This document shows, in pieces, positions 1-14,683 of a stretch of 64,000 bases of DNA. Under the pieces are notes generated by a model, which saw nothing but the letters and a program-made list of their open reading frames with translations, did no database searches and was not told where the DNA came from. Position 1 is the first letter of the stretch, and each line of letters begins with the position of its first letter. The translations under genes and the position numbers were made by a program. The stretch is from Escherichia coli (GTDB lineage Bacteria; Pseudomonadota; Gammaproteobacteria; Enterobacterales; Enterobacteriaceae): assembly GCF_050920415.1 (NCBI RefSeq), contig NZ_CP169309.1, one strand, 5' to 3'.

Positions 1-51
1 TGAAGGCACGGGGGTACGCCATCCTGTGCAGGCTTTACTGGAGATTATTAA

Positions 52-462
52 ATGATATGGAAACGAAAAATCACCCTGGAAGCACTGAATGCAATGGGTG
101 AAGGAAACATGGTGGGGTTGCTGGATATTCGCTTTGAACATATTAGTGATGACACCCTTGAAGCGACAATGCCAGTAGACTCGCGGACAAAGCAGCCTTT
201 CGGGTTGCTGCATGGAGGGGCATCCGTGGTACTGGCCGAAAGTATCGGTTCCGTTGCCGGTTATTTATGTACCGAAGGTGAGCAAAAGGTGGTTGGTCTG
301 GAAATCAATGCTAACCACGTCCGCTCGGTACGAGAAGGGCGGGTGCGCGGCGTATGCAAACCGTTGCATCTCGGTTCGCGTCACCAGGTCTGGCAGATTG
401 AAATCTTCGATGAGAAAGGGCGTTTGTGCTGTTCGTCACGATTGACGACCGCTATTTTGTGA
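52..462 (+). CDS. menI: 1,4-dihydroxy-2-naphthoyl-CoA thioesterase (hotdog fold), MenI/YdiI
   Basis: 136-aa ORF; translation recognised as E. coli YdiI/MenI; ATG at 52. Confidence 0.9.
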   Translation: MIWKRKITLEALNAMGEGNMVGLLDIRFEHISDDTLEATMPVDSRTKQPFGLLHGGASVVLAESIGSVAGYLCTEGEQKVVGLEINANHVRSVREGRVRGVCKPLHLGSRHQVWQIEIFDEKGRLCCSSRLTTAIL

Positions 463-561
463 CGTTGTCACCAGAAAAGTGTGACGCATATTGCTTTTGG
501 TCATTATCTGCACAGTAAACGGTGGTATACTGTGCAGGTCTTGTCTAAAAGCGAGGATGCT

Positions 562-750
562 ATGTCTACTCAACTTGATCCCACCCAGCTGGCCATTGAA
601 TTTTTACGTCGTGACCAGAGCAATCTTTCACCTGCCCAATATCTCAAACGTCTGAAACAACTAGAACTTGAATTCGCTGACTTGCTTACTCTCTCTTCTG
701 CTGAATTAAAAGAAGAAATCTACTTTGCCTGGCGTTTGGGCGTGCATTGA
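562..750 (+). CDS. ydiH: small protein YdiH (62 aa)
   Basis: In-frame ATG at 562 preceded by SD gaggat; the 89-aa ORF from 481 begins at GTG with no SD, so the shorter form is preferred; sequence MSTQLDPTQ... recognised. Confidence 0.8.
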   Translation: MSTQLDPTQLAIEFLRRDQSNLSPAQYLKRLKQLELEFADLLTLSSAELKEEIYFAWRLGVH

Positions 751-904
751 TCCTGACGTAATGCCGCGAGTTCGCCAAATCGGCCTGGATTAATCTTCGT
801 CCAGGTTCGAGGGCCTTCTTAATACTGCTTTTCTACCCGCCTGATAACGTTCAAAAATAATACAAATCGCAGTTTGTGCTAAAACAGCGGCTTAGCTTTA
901 TGAG

Positions 905-1018
905 ACTATTCTTATCGCCCCTTCAAGAGCTAAGCCACTGTGAGTGCCGGAGATAAGCGCCGGATGGGGTAGAAACCCTTAAGCCTGTGATGCACAGACT
1001 TAAGGGTTTTCTTATTTC
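905..1018 (+). ncRNA. rydB: candidate small RNA in the ydiH-sufA intergenic region (position consistent with RydB); boundaries uncertain
   Basis: Structured non-coding stretch (inverted repeats gcttagc/gctaagc) ending in a strong intrinsic terminator; RydB is known to lie between ydiH and sufA; exact ends not determinable by eye. Confidence 0.3.
973..1018 (+). terminator. rho-independent terminator (hairpin aaacccttaag / cttaagggttt followed by a T-run)
   Basis: 11-bp perfect stem at 973-983 and 999-1009, then ttttcttatt. Confidence 0.6.
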
Positions 1019-1038
1019 TGAACGCTGCACTTTTTTAC

Positions 1039-1053
1039 CTATCTCTTAAATAG
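1039..1053. promoter_or_regulatory. OxyR-like half-site (CTAT-N7-ATAG) upstream of sufA
   Basis: ctat ctcttaa atag; suf is a known OxyR target with a distal upstream site; only a partial motif seen. Confidence 0.3.
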
Positions 1054-1101
1054 TCATTTTCAATACAACTTTTTCTTTTTCATCTCAGCCTTAATGCTCC
1101 T

Positions 1102-1120
1102 TAGATAATAATCATTATCT
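1102..1120. promoter_or_regulatory. AT-rich Fur-box-like / IHF-like motif (tagataataatcattatct) in the distal suf promoter
   Basis: Resembles the Fur consensus GATAATGATAATCATTATC; also compatible with the IHF site reported in this region. Confidence 0.35.
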
Positions 1121-1238
1121 AACAATGAGATACCTAATTCTTAGCGTGCCTGTTAACCCACACATCAGGGTCTATGCTTATTAAAAGCAGGCAAAAAGCA
1201 TGTTTTACGGTAAAGCCCCTGCGTTTGCTGGGTTGAAC

Positions 1239-1253
1239 TGATAATCATTATCA
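1239..1253. promoter_or_regulatory. Fur box overlapping the sufA core promoter (tgataatcattatca)
   Basis: Close match to the Fur consensus, about 46 bp upstream of the sufA ATG; suf is a known Fur-repressed operon. Confidence 0.55.
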
Positions 1254-1298
1254 CTAACATGCTGTTATACGCTGAAAGCGATGAAGTGAGGTAAATCG

Positions 1299-1667
1299 AT
1301 GGACATGCATTCAGGAACCTTTAATCCACAGGATTTCGCCTGGCAGGGCTTAACGCTGACACCCGCAGCCGCTGTCCACATCCGTGAGCTGGTGGCAAAG
1401 CAACCAGGTATGGTCGGCGTGCGCTTAGGCGTGAAGCAAACGGGCTGCGCGGGATTTGGCTATGTGCTCGACAGTGTTAGCGAGCCAGACAAAGACGATC
1501 TGCTGTTTGAACATGACGGCGCGAAGCTGTTTGTCCCGCTGCAAGCGATGCCGTTTATTGATGGCACGGAAGTCGATTTCGTTCGTGAAGGACTTAATCA
1601 GATATTCAAATTTCACAACCCGAAAGCCCAGAATGAATGTGGCTGTGGCGAAAGCTTTGGGGTATAG
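1299..1667 (+). CDS. sufA: Fe-S cluster assembly A-type carrier SufA
   Basis: 122-aa ORF; C-terminal CGCGESF motif; first gene of the suf operon. Confidence 0.95.
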   Translation: MDMHSGTFNPQDFAWQGLTLTPAAAVHIRELVAKQPGMVGVRLGVKQTGCAGFGYVLDSVSEPDKDDLLFEHDGAKLFVPLQAMPFIDGTEVDFVREGLNQIFKFHNPKAQNECGCGESFGV

Positions 1668-1675
1668 GCGGTACT

Positions 1676-3163
1676 ATGTCTCGTAATACTGAAGCAACTG
1701 ACGATGTCAAAACCTGGACCGGCGGCCCGCTGAATTATAAAGAAGGATTCTTCACCCAGTTAGCCACTGATGAGCTGGCAAAGGGGATAAACGAAGAGGT
1801 GGTGCGCGCAATATCGGCGAAGCGTAATGAGCCGGAGTGGATGCTGGAGTTTCGTCTCAAAGCTTATCGCGCATGGCTGGAGATGGAAGAGCCGCACTGG
1901 CTGAAAGCGCACTACGACAAGCTGAATTATCAGGAATACAGCTACTACTCAGCACCATCGTGCGGTAATTGTGACGACACTTGCGCGTCGGAACCCGGCG
2001 CGGTGCAGCAAACTGGCGCGAACTCCTTTTTAAGTAAAGAGGTGGAGGCGGCGTTTGAGCAGTTGGGCGTTCCCGTACGGGAAGGCAAAGAAGTGGCAGT
2101 GGATGCCATTTTCGACTCTGTTTCGGTTGCCACCACTTATCGTGAAAAACTGGCGGAGCAGGGAATTATTTTCTGTTCCTTTGGCGAGGCGATCCACGAT
2201 CACCCGGAACTGGTGCGGAAATATCTCGGCACCGTGGTGCCGGGGAATGACAACTTCTTTGCCGCGCTTAATGCGGCGGTGGCCTCTGACGGTACATTTA
2301 TTTATGTGCCTAAAGGCGTGCGCTGCCCGATGGAACTCTCCACCTATTTTCGCATTAACGCGGAAAAAACCGGACAGTTTGAGCGCACCATTCTGGTGGC
2401 CGACGAAGACAGCTACGTCAGCTACATTGAAGGCTGTTCCGCTCCGGTGCGTGACAGCTATCAGTTACACGCGGCGGTGGTGGAAGTCATCATCCATAAA
2501 AACGCCGAGGTGAAATATTCCACGGTACAAAACTGGTTCCCTGGCGATAACAACACCGGCGGTATTCTCAATTTCGTCACCAAGCGTGCTTTGTGCGAAG
2601 GCGAAAACAGCAAAATGTCATGGACGCAATCAGAAACCGGGTCAGCGATTACGTGGAAATATCCCAGCTGCATTTTGCGCGGCGATAACTCCATTGGTGA
2701 GTTTTACTCGGTGGCACTGACCAGCGGTCATCAGCAAGCGGATACCGGCACCAAGATGATCCACATCGGTAAAAACACCAAATCGACCATTATCTCGAAA
2801 GGGATCTCTGCCGGACACAGCCAGAACAGTTATCGCGGCTTAGTGAAAATCATGCCGACGGCAACCAATGCACGTAACTTCACCCAGTGCGACTCAATGC
2901 TGATAGGCGCTAATTGTGGGGCGCATACTTTCCCGTATGTCGAATGTCGCAATAACAGCGCGCAACTGGAGCACGAGGCAACGACATCACGTATTGGTGA
3001 AGATCAACTGTTTTACTGCCTGCAACGCGGGATCAGCGAAGAAGACGCCATCTCGATGATTGTTAACGGTTTCTGCAAAGACGTGTTCTCAGAACTGCCG
3101 CTGGAATTTGCCGTTGAAGCACAAAAACTCCTCGCCATCAGTCTTGAACACAGCGTCGGATAA
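1676..3163 (+). CDS. sufB: Fe-S cluster assembly scaffold SufB
   Basis: 495 aa from ATG at 1676 ([10 protein letters not shown]...); the 508-aa ORF from 1637 is an upstream extension. Confidence 0.93.
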   Translation: MSRNTEATDDVKTWTGGPLNYKEGFFTQLATDELAKGINEEVVRAISAKRNEPEWMLEFRLKAYRAWLEMEEPHWLKAHYDKLNYQEYSYYSAPSCGNCDDTCASEPGAVQQTGANSFLSKEVEAAFEQLGVPVREGKEVAVDAIFDSVSVATTYREKLAEQGIIFCSFGEAIHDHPELVRKYLGTVVPGNDNFFAALNAAVASDGTFIYVPKGVRCPMELSTYFRINAEKTGQFERTILVADEDSYVSYIEGCSAPVRDSYQLHAAVVEVIIHKNAEVKYSTVQNWFPGDNNTGGILNFVTKRALCEGENSKMSWTQSETGSAITWKYPSCILRGDNSIGEFYSVALTSGHQQADTGTKMIHIGKNTKSTIISKGISAGHSQNSYRGLVKIMPTATNARNFTQCDSMLIGANCGAHTFPYVECRNNSAQLEHEATTSRIGEDQLFYCLQRGISEEDAISMIVNGFCKDVFSELPLEFAVEAQKLLAISLEHSVG

Positions 3164-3172
3164 GGAATAAAC

Positions 3173-3919
3173 ATGTTAAGTATTAAAGATTTACACGTCA
3201 GCGTGGAAGATAAAACTATCCTGCGCGGATTAAGCCTCGACGTTCGTCCCGGCGAAGTTCACGCCATTATGGGACCCAATGGTTCGGGGAAAAGTACCTT
3301 ATCGGCAACGCTTGCCGGACGCGAAGATTATGAAGTGACGGCTGGCACGGTTGAGTTTAAAGGCAAAGATTTGCTTGCGCTGTCGCCGGAAGAACGTGCA
3401 GGCGAAGGCATCTTTATGGCCTTCCAGTATCCGGTGGAAATACCCGGCGTCAGTAACCAGTTTTTCCTGCAAACGGCACTTAATGCGGTACGCAGCTATC
3501 GCGGCCAGGAAACGCTCGACCGCTTTGATTTTCAGGATTTGATGGAAGAGAAAATCGCTCTTCTGAAAATGCCGGAAGATTTATTAACGCGTTCGGTAAA
3601 CGTTGGTTTTTCCGGCGGCGAGAAAAAGCGCAACGATATTTTGCAAATGGCGGTGTTGGAACCGGAGTTATGCATTCTTGATGAGTCGGACTCCGGGCTG
3701 GATATTGACGCATTAAAAGTGGTTGCCGATGGCGTGAACTCGCTGCGTGACGGCAAGCGTTCATTCATCATTGTTACGCACTACCAACGCATTCTCGACT
3801 ACATCAAGCCTGATTACGTCCATGTGCTGTATCAGGGACGAATTGTGAAATCCGGCGATTTCACGTTGGTCAAACAACTGGAGGAGCAGGGTTATGGCTG
3901 GCTTACCGAACAGCAGTAA
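3173..3919 (+). CDS. sufC: Fe-S cluster assembly ATPase SufC
   Basis: 248 aa; Walker A GPNGSGKST and ABC signature LSGGE. Confidence 0.95.
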   Translation: MLSIKDLHVSVEDKTILRGLSLDVRPGEVHAIMGPNGSGKSTLSATLAGREDYEVTAGTVEFKGKDLLALSPEERAGEGIFMAFQYPVEIPGVSNQFFLQTALNAVRSYRGQETLDRFDFQDLMEEKIALLKMPEDLLTRSVNVGFSGGEKKRNDILQMAVLEPELCILDESDSGLDIDALKVVADGVNSLRDGKRSFIIVTHYQRILDYIKPDYVHVLYQGRIVKSGDFTLVKQLEEQGYGWLTEQQ

Positions 3920-5165
3920 CGCGCTGCAACAGTGGCATCACTTGTTTGAAGCCGAGGGTGCAAAACGCTCCCCGCAAGCACAGCAGCATTTACAACAATT
4001 GCTGCGTACCGGACTGCCGACACGTAAACATGAAAACTGGAAATATACGCCGCTGGAAGGGCTGACCAATAGCCAGTTTGTCAGTATTGCGGGGGAGATA
4101 TCCCCACAGCAGCGTGATGCCTTAGCGTTAACGTTAGACGCCGTGCGGCTGGTGTTTGTCGATGGACGTTACGTGCCCGCGCTGAGCGATGCAACTGAAG
4201 GCAGCGGATATGAAGTGAGCATTAACGATGACCGCCAGGGGTTACCCGACGCTATTCAGACGGAAGTGTTTCTGCATTTGACGGAAAGCCTGGCGCAAAG
4301 CGTGACGCATATCGCCGTGAAGCGCGGTCAACGACCGGCAAAGCCATTGCTGTTAATGCATATTACCCAGGGCGTGGCAGGTGAAGAGGTGAACACTGCC
4401 CATTACCGACATCATCTGGATCTGGCGGAAGGTGCCGAAGCGACGGTGATCGAACATTTTGTCAGCCTTAATGATGCTCGTCATTTCACCGGAGCGCGCT
4501 TTACCATCAATGTCGCAGCGAACGCCCACTTGCAGCATATCAAGCTGGCGTTTGAAAACCCGGTCAGTCACCACTTTGCCCATAACGATTTGTTGCTGGC
4601 TGACGATGCTACCGCATTTAGCCACAGTTTCCTGCTTGGTGGCGCAGTGTTACGACACAACACCAGTACGCAACTCAATGGCGAAAACAGCACGCTGCGG
4701 ATCAATAGTCTGGTGATGCCGGTGAAAAACGAGGTGTGTGATACCCGTACCTGGCTGGAACACAATAAAGGTTTTTGTAACAGCCGACAGTTGCACAAAA
4801 CTATCGTCAGCGATAAAGGCCGCGCGGTATTTAACGGTTTGATCAACGTCGCGCAGCACGCCATCAAAACGGATGGTCAGATGACCAACAATAATCTGCT
4901 GATGGGCAAACTGGCAGAAGTGGATACGAAACCGCAGCTGGAAATCTATGCAGATGATGTGAAATGCAGCCACGGCGCGACGGTGGGGCGTATTGATGAT
5001 GAACAGATGTTCTATCTGCGCTCGCGTGGGATCAATCAGCAGGATGCCCAGCAGATGATCATTTACGCCTTTGCTGCCGAACTGACGGAAGCACTGCGTG
5101 ATGAGGGGCTTAAACAGCAGGTGCTGGCCCGAATCGGTCAACGACTGCCAGGAGGTGCAAGATGA
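3894..5165 (+). CDS. sufD: Fe-S cluster assembly protein SufD
   Basis: 423 aa; start overlaps the sufC 3' end by 26 nt. Confidence 0.93.
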   Translation: MAGLPNSSNALQQWHHLFEAEGAKRSPQAQQHLQQLLRTGLPTRKHENWKYTPLEGLTNSQFVSIAGEISPQQRDALALTLDAVRLVFVDGRYVPALSDATEGSGYEVSINDDRQGLPDAIQTEVFLHLTESLAQSVTHIAVKRGQRPAKPLLLMHITQGVAGEEVNTAHYRHHLDLAEGAEATVIEHFVSLNDARHFTGARFTINVAANAHLQHIKLAFENPVSHHFAHNDLLLADDATAFSHSFLLGGAVLRHNTSTQLNGENSTLRINSLVMPVKNEVCDTRTWLEHNKGFCNSRQLHKTIVSDKGRAVFNGLINVAQHAIKTDGQMTNNNLLMGKLAEVDTKPQLEIYADDVKCSHGATVGRIDDEQMFYLRSRGINQQDAQQMIIYAFAAELTEALRDEGLKQQVLARIGQRLPGGAR

Positions 5166-6382
5166 CTTTTTCCGTCGACAAAGTGCGGGCCGACTTTCCG
5201 GTGCTTTCTCGTGAGGTAAACGGTTTGCCGCTGGCTTATCTCGACAGCGCCGCCAGTGCGCAGAAACCAAGCCAGGTGATTGACGCCGAGGCCGAGTTTT
5301 ATCGTCATGGCTACGCGGCGGTGCATCGCGGTATTCATACCTTAAGCGCCCAGGCGACCGAGAAAATGGAGAACGTGCGCAAGCGTGCTTCGCTGTTTAT
5401 CAATGCCCGTTCCGCGGAAGAATTGGTGTTTGTCCGCGGCACCACGGAAGGCATTAACCTGGTCGCCAATAGCTGGGGCAACAGCAACGTGCGAGCGGGC
5501 GATAACATCATCATCAGCCAGATGGAGCACCACGCTAACATTGTTCCCTGGCAAATGCTTTGCGCGCGAGTGGGTGCAGAGCTGCGTGTGATTCCTCTCA
5601 ACCCCGACGGTACGTTGCAGCTGGAGATACTGCCTAATCTGTTCGATGAGAAAACTCGCCTGCTGGCAATTACCCATGTCTCCAACGTGCTTGGGACAGA
5701 AAATCCGCTGGCCGAGATGATCACCCTTGCACACCAACATGGCGCAAAAGTACTGGTGGATGGCGCTCAGGCGGTGATGCATCATCCGGTGGACGTTCAG
5801 GCGCTGGATTGCGATTTTTACGTGTTCTCCGGGCATAAACTGTATGGCCCCACTGGAATTGGCATTCTTTATGTCAAAGAAGCCTTGTTGCAGGAGATGC
5901 CGCCGTGGGAAGGGGGCGGTTCTATGATCGCCACCGTAAGCCTGAGTGAAGGCACTACCTGGACTAAAGCACCGTGGCGGTTTGAAGCCGGTACACCCAA
6001 TACCGGAGGTATCATTGGTCTTGGCGCGGCACTCGAGTATGTTTCGGGGCTGGGGCTTAATAACATAGCCGAGTATGAACAGAATCTGATGCATTACGCG
6101 CTGTCACAGCTGGAATCTGTACCGGATCTCACTCTCTATGGTCCCCAGAACAGACTTGGCGTTATTGCTTTTAATCTTGGTAAACACCACGCCTATGATG
6201 TTGGCAGTTTTCTCGATAATTACGGCATTGCTGTGCGTACCGGCCATCACTGCGCTATGCCATTAATGGCCTATTACAACGTTCCTGCCATGTGTCGGGC
6301 GTCGCTGGCTATGTATAACACCCATGAAGAAGTGGATCGTCTGGTGACCGGCCTGCAACGTATTCACCGTCTGCTGGGATAA
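5162..6382 (+). CDS. sufS: cysteine desulfurase SufS (PLP-dependent)
   Basis: 406 aa; ATGA overlap with sufD; SGHK PLP-lysine motif. Confidence 0.95.
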   Translation: MTFSVDKVRADFPVLSREVNGLPLAYLDSAASAQKPSQVIDAEAEFYRHGYAAVHRGIHTLSAQATEKMENVRKRASLFINARSAEELVFVRGTTEGINLVANSWGNSNVRAGDNIIISQMEHHANIVPWQMLCARVGAELRVIPLNPDGTLQLEILPNLFDEKTRLLAITHVSNVLGTENPLAEMITLAHQHGAKVLVDGAQAVMHHPVDVQALDCDFYVFSGHKLYGPTGIGILYVKEALLQEMPPWEGGGSMIATVSLSEGTTWTKAPWRFEAGTPNTGGIIGLGAALEYVSGLGLNNIAEYEQNLMHYALSQLESVPDLTLYGPQNRLGVIAFNLGKHHAYDVGSFLDNYGIAVRTGHHCAMPLMAYYNVPAMCRASLAMYNTHEEVDRLVTGLQRIHRLLG

Positions 6383-6394
6383 CAGGGAGGCACT

Positions 6395-6811
6395 ATGGCT
6401 GTATTGCCGGATAAAGAAAAATTGCTGCGTAATTTTTTACGCTGCGCCAATTGGGAAGAGAAATATCTCTACATTATTGAGCTGGGCCAACGTCTGCCAG
6501 AATTACGCGACGAAGACAGAAGCCCACAAAATAGCATTCAGGGCTGCCAGAGTCAGGTGTGGATTGTCATGCGCCAGAATGCGCAGGGAATTATTGAATT
6601 GCAGGGCGACAGCGATGCGGCGATTGTGAAAGGGCTTATTGCGGTGGTCTTAATACTCTACGATCAGATGACGCCGCAGGATATTGTCAATTTCGATGTG
6701 CGTCCGTGGTTTGAAAAAATGGCGCTCACCCAACATCTCACCCCATCTCGTTCACAAGGTCTGGAAGCGATGATTCGCGCAATTCGCGCCAAAGCCGCTG
6801 CACTTAGCTAA
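6395..6811 (+). CDS. sufE: sulfur acceptor SufE
   Basis: 138 aa; recognised SufE sequence. Confidence 0.95.
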   Translation: MAVLPDKEKLLRNFLRCANWEEKYLYIIELGQRLPELRDEDRSPQNSIQGCQSQVWIVMRQNAQGIIELQGDSDAAIVKGLIAVVLILYDQMTPQDIVNFDVRPWFEKMALTQHLTPSRSQGLEAMIRAIRAKAAALS

Positions 6812-6959
6812 ACTAAAGGGACAGCTTTCATCCGGTTGGCTCACATTGCCGGGTGGTCAATGTTTACACTGGCCTGCACAGGAGTGTTTTGGTTTCAGGT
6901 GAACATAAGCGCCATCCGACGTTTCAGCGTGAGTCTCCGGCAAATACAGGAGGTTTACA

Positions 6960-7964
6960 ATGAAACGCGCGTCTTTGCTTACACTCACGCTTATCGGCGC
7001 TTTTAGCGCCATTCAGGCTGCCTGGGCGGTTGATTATCCGCTACCACCAACCGGAAGCCGACTGGTTGGGCAAAATCAAACGTATACGGTGCAAGAAGGG
7101 GATAAAAACCTTCAGGCCATCGCCCGACGTTTTGATACTGCGGCAATGTTGATACTTGAAGCCAATAACACTATCGCCCCGGTGCCAAAACCTGGTACGA
7201 CGATAACTATTCCTTCGCAACTGTTATTGCCTGATGCGCCGCGTCAGGGGATTATCGTTAACCTTGCAGAGCTGCGCCTTTATTATTATCCGCCGGGAGA
7301 AAATATCGTGCAGGTCTATCCGATAGGTATTGGTTTGCAGGGGCTGGAAACGCCGGTGATGGAAACGCGTGTGGGACAGAAAATCCCTAATCCAACCTGG
7401 ACGCCAACGGCGGGCATTCGTCAGCGTTCGCTGGAGCGTGGCATTAAATTACCGCCCGTCGTTCCTGCCGGGCCAAATAACCCGCTAGGACGTTACGCAC
7501 TGCGCCTCGCGCATGGTAATGGCGAATACCTCATTCATGGCACCAGTGCGCCGGACAGCGTCGGTTTGCGCGTCAGTTCAGGGTGTATTCGCATGAATGC
7601 ACCGGATATTAAAGCCTTGTTCTCCAGCGTGCGGACGGGAACGCCGGTGAAAGTGATCAACGAACCGGTGAAATATTCTGTGGAGCCTAACGGGATGCGT
7701 TATGTGGAAGTGCATCGACCACTATCAGCAGAAGAACAGCAGAACGTTCAGACAATGCCTTACACACTGCCAGCAGGCTTCACGCAATTTAAAGATAATA
7801 AGGCTGTAGACCAGAAGTTAGTCGATAAAGCGTTGTATCGTCGGGCAGGGTATCCAGTTGCCGTGAGCACTGGCGCAACGCCTGTAGCCAGCAATGCGCC
7901 TTCAGTAGATTCAGCGCAGAATGGTGAACCAGAGCAAGGGAATATGTTACGCGCGACGCAGTAG
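6960..7964 (+). CDS. ldtE: L,D-transpeptidase LdtE (YnhG) with LysM and YkuD domains
   Basis: 334 aa; signal peptide; catalytic SSGCIRM motif. Confidence 0.9.
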   Translation: MKRASLLTLTLIGAFSAIQAAWAVDYPLPPTGSRLVGQNQTYTVQEGDKNLQAIARRFDTAAMLILEANNTIAPVPKPGTTITIPSQLLLPDAPRQGIIVNLAELRLYYYPPGENIVQVYPIGIGLQGLETPVMETRVGQKIPNPTWTPTAGIRQRSLERGIKLPPVVPAGPNNPLGRYALRLAHGNGEYLIHGTSAPDSVGLRVSSGCIRMNAPDIKALFSSVRTGTPVKVINEPVKYSVEPNGMRYVEVHRPLSAEEQQNVQTMPYTLPAGFTQFKDNKAVDQKLVDKALYRRAGYPVAVSTGATPVASNAPSVDSAQNGEPEQGNMLRATQ

Positions 7965-7981
7965 CGGTAAATGGCAGGCAA

Positions 7982-8012
7982 AAAAATGGCGCACAATGTG
8001 CGCCATTTTTCA
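7982..8012. terminator. bidirectional intrinsic terminator between convergent ldtE and lpp
   Basis: Perfect palindrome aaaaatggcgcac/gtgcgccattttt with A-run and T-run flanks. Confidence 0.7.
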
Positions 8013-8026
8013 CTTCACAGGTACTA

Positions 8027-8275
<249 letters not shown>

Positions 8276-8300
8276 CTAGATTGAGTTAATCTCCATGTAG

Positions 8301-8337
8301 CGTTACAAGTATTACACAAAGTTTTTTATGTTGAGAA
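8301..8337 (-). promoter_or_regulatory. lpp promoter (-35 ttctca, 17-bp spacer, -10 taatac; TSS about 8301)
   Basis: Hexamers read on the minus strand; leader gctacatggagattaactcaatctagagggtattaataATG matches the lpp 5' UTR as I recall it. Confidence 0.55.
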
Positions 8338-8510
8338 TATTTTTTTTATGGGAAGGCACTTATTTTTGATCGTTCGCTCAAAGAAGCATCGAACGCTGGG
8401 TTTTAGATAAAAAAATTGAGAGAAAACAGGATGCTTCCATCGGATTCATCTTAGATAAAGTGGGATTATATAGTGAAATCCGATTTGATTTTTTATTGCT
8501 TCTGGTTATC

Positions 8511-8543
8511 GATTAAATAAAAAAAGCGCCCATCAGGGCGCTT
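8511..8543 (-). terminator. pykF intrinsic terminator
   Basis: Hairpin aagcgccc-atca-gggcgctt followed, on the minus strand, by a U-run (tttttttatt). Confidence 0.65.
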
Positions 8544-8573
8544 CGATATACAAATTAATTCACAAAAGCAATA

Positions 8574-9986
8574 TTACAGGACGTGAACAGATGCGGTGTT
8601 AGTAGTGCCGCTCGGTACCAGTGCACCAGAAACCATAACTACGACGTCACCTTTGTGTGCCAGACCGCTCTGCAGAGCCAGTTCTTTACCCAGACGGTAG
8701 AAATCATCAGTAGAAGTGATTTCTTTAACCAACTGCGGCACAACGCCTTTGCTCAGTACCAACTGATGAGCCGTTTTTTCGTTGGTGGTCAGTGCCAGGA
8801 TGGTGGCATCCGGGAAGTATTTACGTACTGCACGAGCAGATTTACCGCCCTGGGTAGCAACCACGATCAGCGGAGCATCCAGTTTTTCAGCAGTTTCAAC
8901 CGCGCCACGGCATACTGCTTCGGTAATGCGCAGTTTACGGTTGTCATTGTTGAACTCGAGACGGCTGTTCATAACGCGGTCGGTACGTTCGCAGATGGTC
9001 GCCATGATAGAAACTGCTTCCAACGGGTATTTACCTTTTGCGGATTCACCAGACAGCATTACTGCGTCAGTACCGTCGAGGATGGCGTTCGCAACGTCAC
9101 CGGCTTCTGCGCGAGTCGGGCGTGGGTTTTTGATCATTGAATCGAGCATCTGGGTCGCAGTGATAACGACTTTACGTGCACGGATACATTTTTCGATCAT
9201 CATCTTCTGGGCGAAGATAACTTCTTCTACCGGGATTTCTACACCCAGGTCGCCACGCGCAACCATGATGCCGTCAGAGGCTTCGAGGATTTCGTCGAAG
9301 TTGTTGAGGCCTTCCTGGTTTTCGATTTTGGAGATGATTTGGATGTTTTCACCACCGTGTGCTTTCAGATGTTCACGGATTTCGATAACGTCAGAACGCT
9401 TACGAATAAAGGAAGCAGCAACAAAGTCTACGCCTTGTTCGCAACCGAAGATCAGGTCTTGTTTGTCTTTTTCAGCCAGTGCTGGCAGGGCAATAGAAAC
9501 ACCCGGCAGGTTCACACCTTTGTTTTCGCCCAGGTCGCCGTTGTTCAGCACTTTACAGATAACTTTGTTACCTTCAATGGCGGTAACTTCCATACCGATC
9601 AGACCATCGTCAACCAGTACGGTGTTGCCAACAGACAGGTCAGTAGTGAAACCTTCATACGTTACCGCAACCATTTCGCTGTTGCCGATAACAGATTTAT
9701 CAGTGGTGAAAGTAAAGGTCTGACCCGCTTTCAGAGAAACGTCGTTACCGCCTTCCAGTTTCATGGTGCGGATTTCCGGACCTTTGGTATCAAGCAGGAT
9801 AGCGGCGGTTTTACCGGTTTTGCTCATCACGTTGCGCAGATTCTGAATGCGCTGACCGTGTTCTGCATAGTCACCATGAGAGAAGTTCAGACGCATAACG
9901 TTCATGCCAGCGTCCAGCATTTTAGCTAACATCTCTTCAGATTCGGTTTTCGGTCCGATGGTGCAAACAATTTTGGTCTTTTTCAT
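8574..9986 (-). CDS. pykF: pyruvate kinase I
   Basis: 470 aa from ATG at 9986 ([12 protein letters not shown]...); the ORF track's 542-aa form is an upstream extension. Confidence 0.95.
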
Positions 9987-10542
9987 GACAGTCTTAGTCT
10001 TTAAGTTGAGAAGGATGGGAGAAACTTGCTTTCTGGGCGCACTGCCGGAAAGCGAATTCGGTATTACGAAAGTGGTGGTGCCTCGCTCTAAGGATAGGTG
10101 ACATCGAAAAAGCGTGCAGAGGAATGTGTGCTTGTGTCTCAGCCCAACGTGAGTGCCTGTTTTTGAGTCGTTGAGTTCTACAGTCCAAAGTGCTGAAACC
10201 ATTCAAGAGTCAATTGGCGCGCATTATACGCTGAAATTAATCCAAAAGGAAAACAAAAACAGCGTTTCAAAAAATATACAACTCGTTAGACAATAAATTG
10301 TTATCAAAGATTTAACGTTCCAGGGAAAACGTTACGCAAAAACTTCGCTGTTTGCGCAACGTCTGGAGTCAGATTTGTCAGTGTGAGGACGAGTGAAAAT
10401 TCATTAGGTGTACAAATACATCATCGCTAAATTGCTTCAGTTAAAATAATTTATCGCGTTATTTGTATGATTTTCTTTGGTTTTTGTTTAATTGGTTAGA
10501 TTGATATATGCTGATAGTTGGCATGATAAATAGGTATAAAGA

Positions 10543-10752
10543 ATGGGAAACCGGACAAAAGAGGATGAACTGTACCGAGAAATGTGCAGAGTTGTCGGTA
10601 AAGTTGTGCTGGAAATGCGCGATCTGGGGCAGGAACCAAAGCATATTGTTATCGCAGGCGTATTACGTACAGCATTAGCCAATAAACGCATTCAGCGCAG
10701 TGAGCTGGAAAAGCAGGCGATGGAAACCGTCATTAACGCACTGGTTAAATGA
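10543..10752 (+). CDS. fumD: small protein YdhZ (fumarase D)
   Basis: 69-aa ORF recognised as YdhZ. Confidence 0.8.
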   Translation: MGNRTKEDELYREMCRVVGKVVLEMRDLGQEPKHIVIAGVLRTALANKRIQRSELEKQAMETVINALVK

Positions 10753-10756
10753 CCAT

Positions 10757-10793
10757 TCAGGATGAGGCGGTAAGCTTCATCCTGATATTCTTA
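10757..10793 (+). terminator. probable ydhZ terminator hairpin
   Basis: Stem tcaggatga / tcatcctga followed by a T-rich tract. Confidence 0.45.
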
Positions 10794-10992
10794 GTTCAGT
10801 TGCAGTCCAGTTAATCATTCTAAATAACAACTGCTGAAATTATACAAATTTCGGTATGTATTTTAATTTATAGCGCTAATGTTATTTTTATTTTCTGTAA
10901 TAAAAGTCACAAATAATTGTCGCTTAAGTTAAATTTATTTTAAATGATAATAAATATCAGTTCACTTATAATTTCTTGCTTTGTGATTTTAA

Positions 10993-11006
10993 TTGATAAC
11001 GATCAA
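10993..11006. promoter_or_regulatory. FNR box TTGATaacgATCAA upstream of ydhY
   Basis: Perfect match to the FNR consensus TTGAT-N4-ATCAA; the ydhY operon is known to be FNR-activated. Confidence 0.6.
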
Positions 11007-11207
11007 TGTTAAGAGCTCAGAATAATCACATTATTTTTCCTCCTAACCATAAAGGATTAGTTTATCAGCGTTAAATCTTTTCTCATACACTATCGGGTTA
11101 GGGAAAATATCTGGTGTTGGGGACAGAGTCAGCAGCGTATTAGTTGAATGCTTAATATCAGGCTGCTGAATTGTCAGCACTGTGTTTGCGAAGAGGATGC
11201 GAAATAA

Positions 11208-13957
<2,750 letters not shown>

Positions 13958-13969
13958 GGAATGGGTGAG

Positions 13970-14620
13970 ATGAACCATCAGGATGTCTTGCCGTTAGCGG
14001 AAGTCAGCGAAATTGACGAGGCGAAGCGGCAATGGTTGCAGGGGATGCGCCACCCCGTTGATACGGTAAGTGAAGACATCACAGAACCAGAACCTGCTGA
14101 AATCCTGGCAGAGTTCATTCGCCAGCATTCTGCGGCTGGGCAGTTGGTGGCGCACGCCGTGTTTCTCTCGCCACCCTATTCGGTTGCAGAAGAGGAACTG
14201 TCAGTTTTGCTGGAAAACATTAAGCAGAACGGAGACTACGCGGATATCGCGTGTATGACGGGAAGCCAGGATGATTACTATTACTCAACGCAGGCCATGA
14301 GTGAAAACTACGCGGCGATGTCTTTGCAAGTTGTGGAGCAGGACATTTGTCGCGCTATTGCACACGCCGTTCGTTTTGAGTGCCAGACATATCCCCGTCC
14401 TTACAAAGTCGCCATGCTGATGCAAGCGCCATATTACTTCCAGGAAGCGCAGATTGAAGCCGCGATCGCCGCGATGGATGTTGCACCTGAATATGCCGAT
14501 ATACGGCAGGTGGAGTCATCGACGGCGGTGTTGTACTTGTTTAGCGAGCGATTTATGACCTATGGCAAAGCTTATGGCTTATGCGAATGGTTCGAGGTAG
14601 AGCAGTTTCAGAACCCCTGA
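13970..14620 (+). CDS. ydhW: uncharacterised protein YdhW
   Basis: About 216 aa; start chosen at ATG 13970 (better SD spacing) rather than ATG 13961. Confidence 0.75.
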   Translation: MNHQDVLPLAEVSEIDEAKRQWLQGMRHPVDTVSEDITEPEPAEILAEFIRQHSAAGQLVAHAVFLSPPYSVAEEELSVLLENIKQNGDYADIACMTGSQDDYYYSTQAMSENYAAMSLQVVEQDICRAIAHAVRFECQTYPRPYKVAMLMQAPYYFQEAQIEAAIAAMDVAPEYADIRQVESSTAVLYLFSERFMTYGKAYGLCEWFEVEQFQNP

Positions 14621-14683
14621 AATTTCAGGGAGATGTCATGGATAGGGTGGACAGTTGTAGCCACTGCATTAGGGGATAATCAG

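Noticed and set aside
481-750. 89-aa form of ydiH starting at 481
   Set aside because: Position 481 is GTG with no SD; the internal ATG at 562 has SD gaggat and gives the recognised 62-aa protein
8782-9723. 313-aa plus-strand ORF antisense to pykF; similar antisense ORFs over sufS (5342-6094), sufD (4650-5270), cfa (23351-23791), purR (26887-27726) and tyrS (48636-49577)
   Set aside because: They sit entirely inside well-supported genes on the opposite strand, have low-complexity translations and no SD or start context; typical shadow ORFs
10203-10542. Cra (FruR) operator in the pykF promoter region
   Set aside because: Only a partial gctgaaat match to the Cra half-site was seen; insufficient
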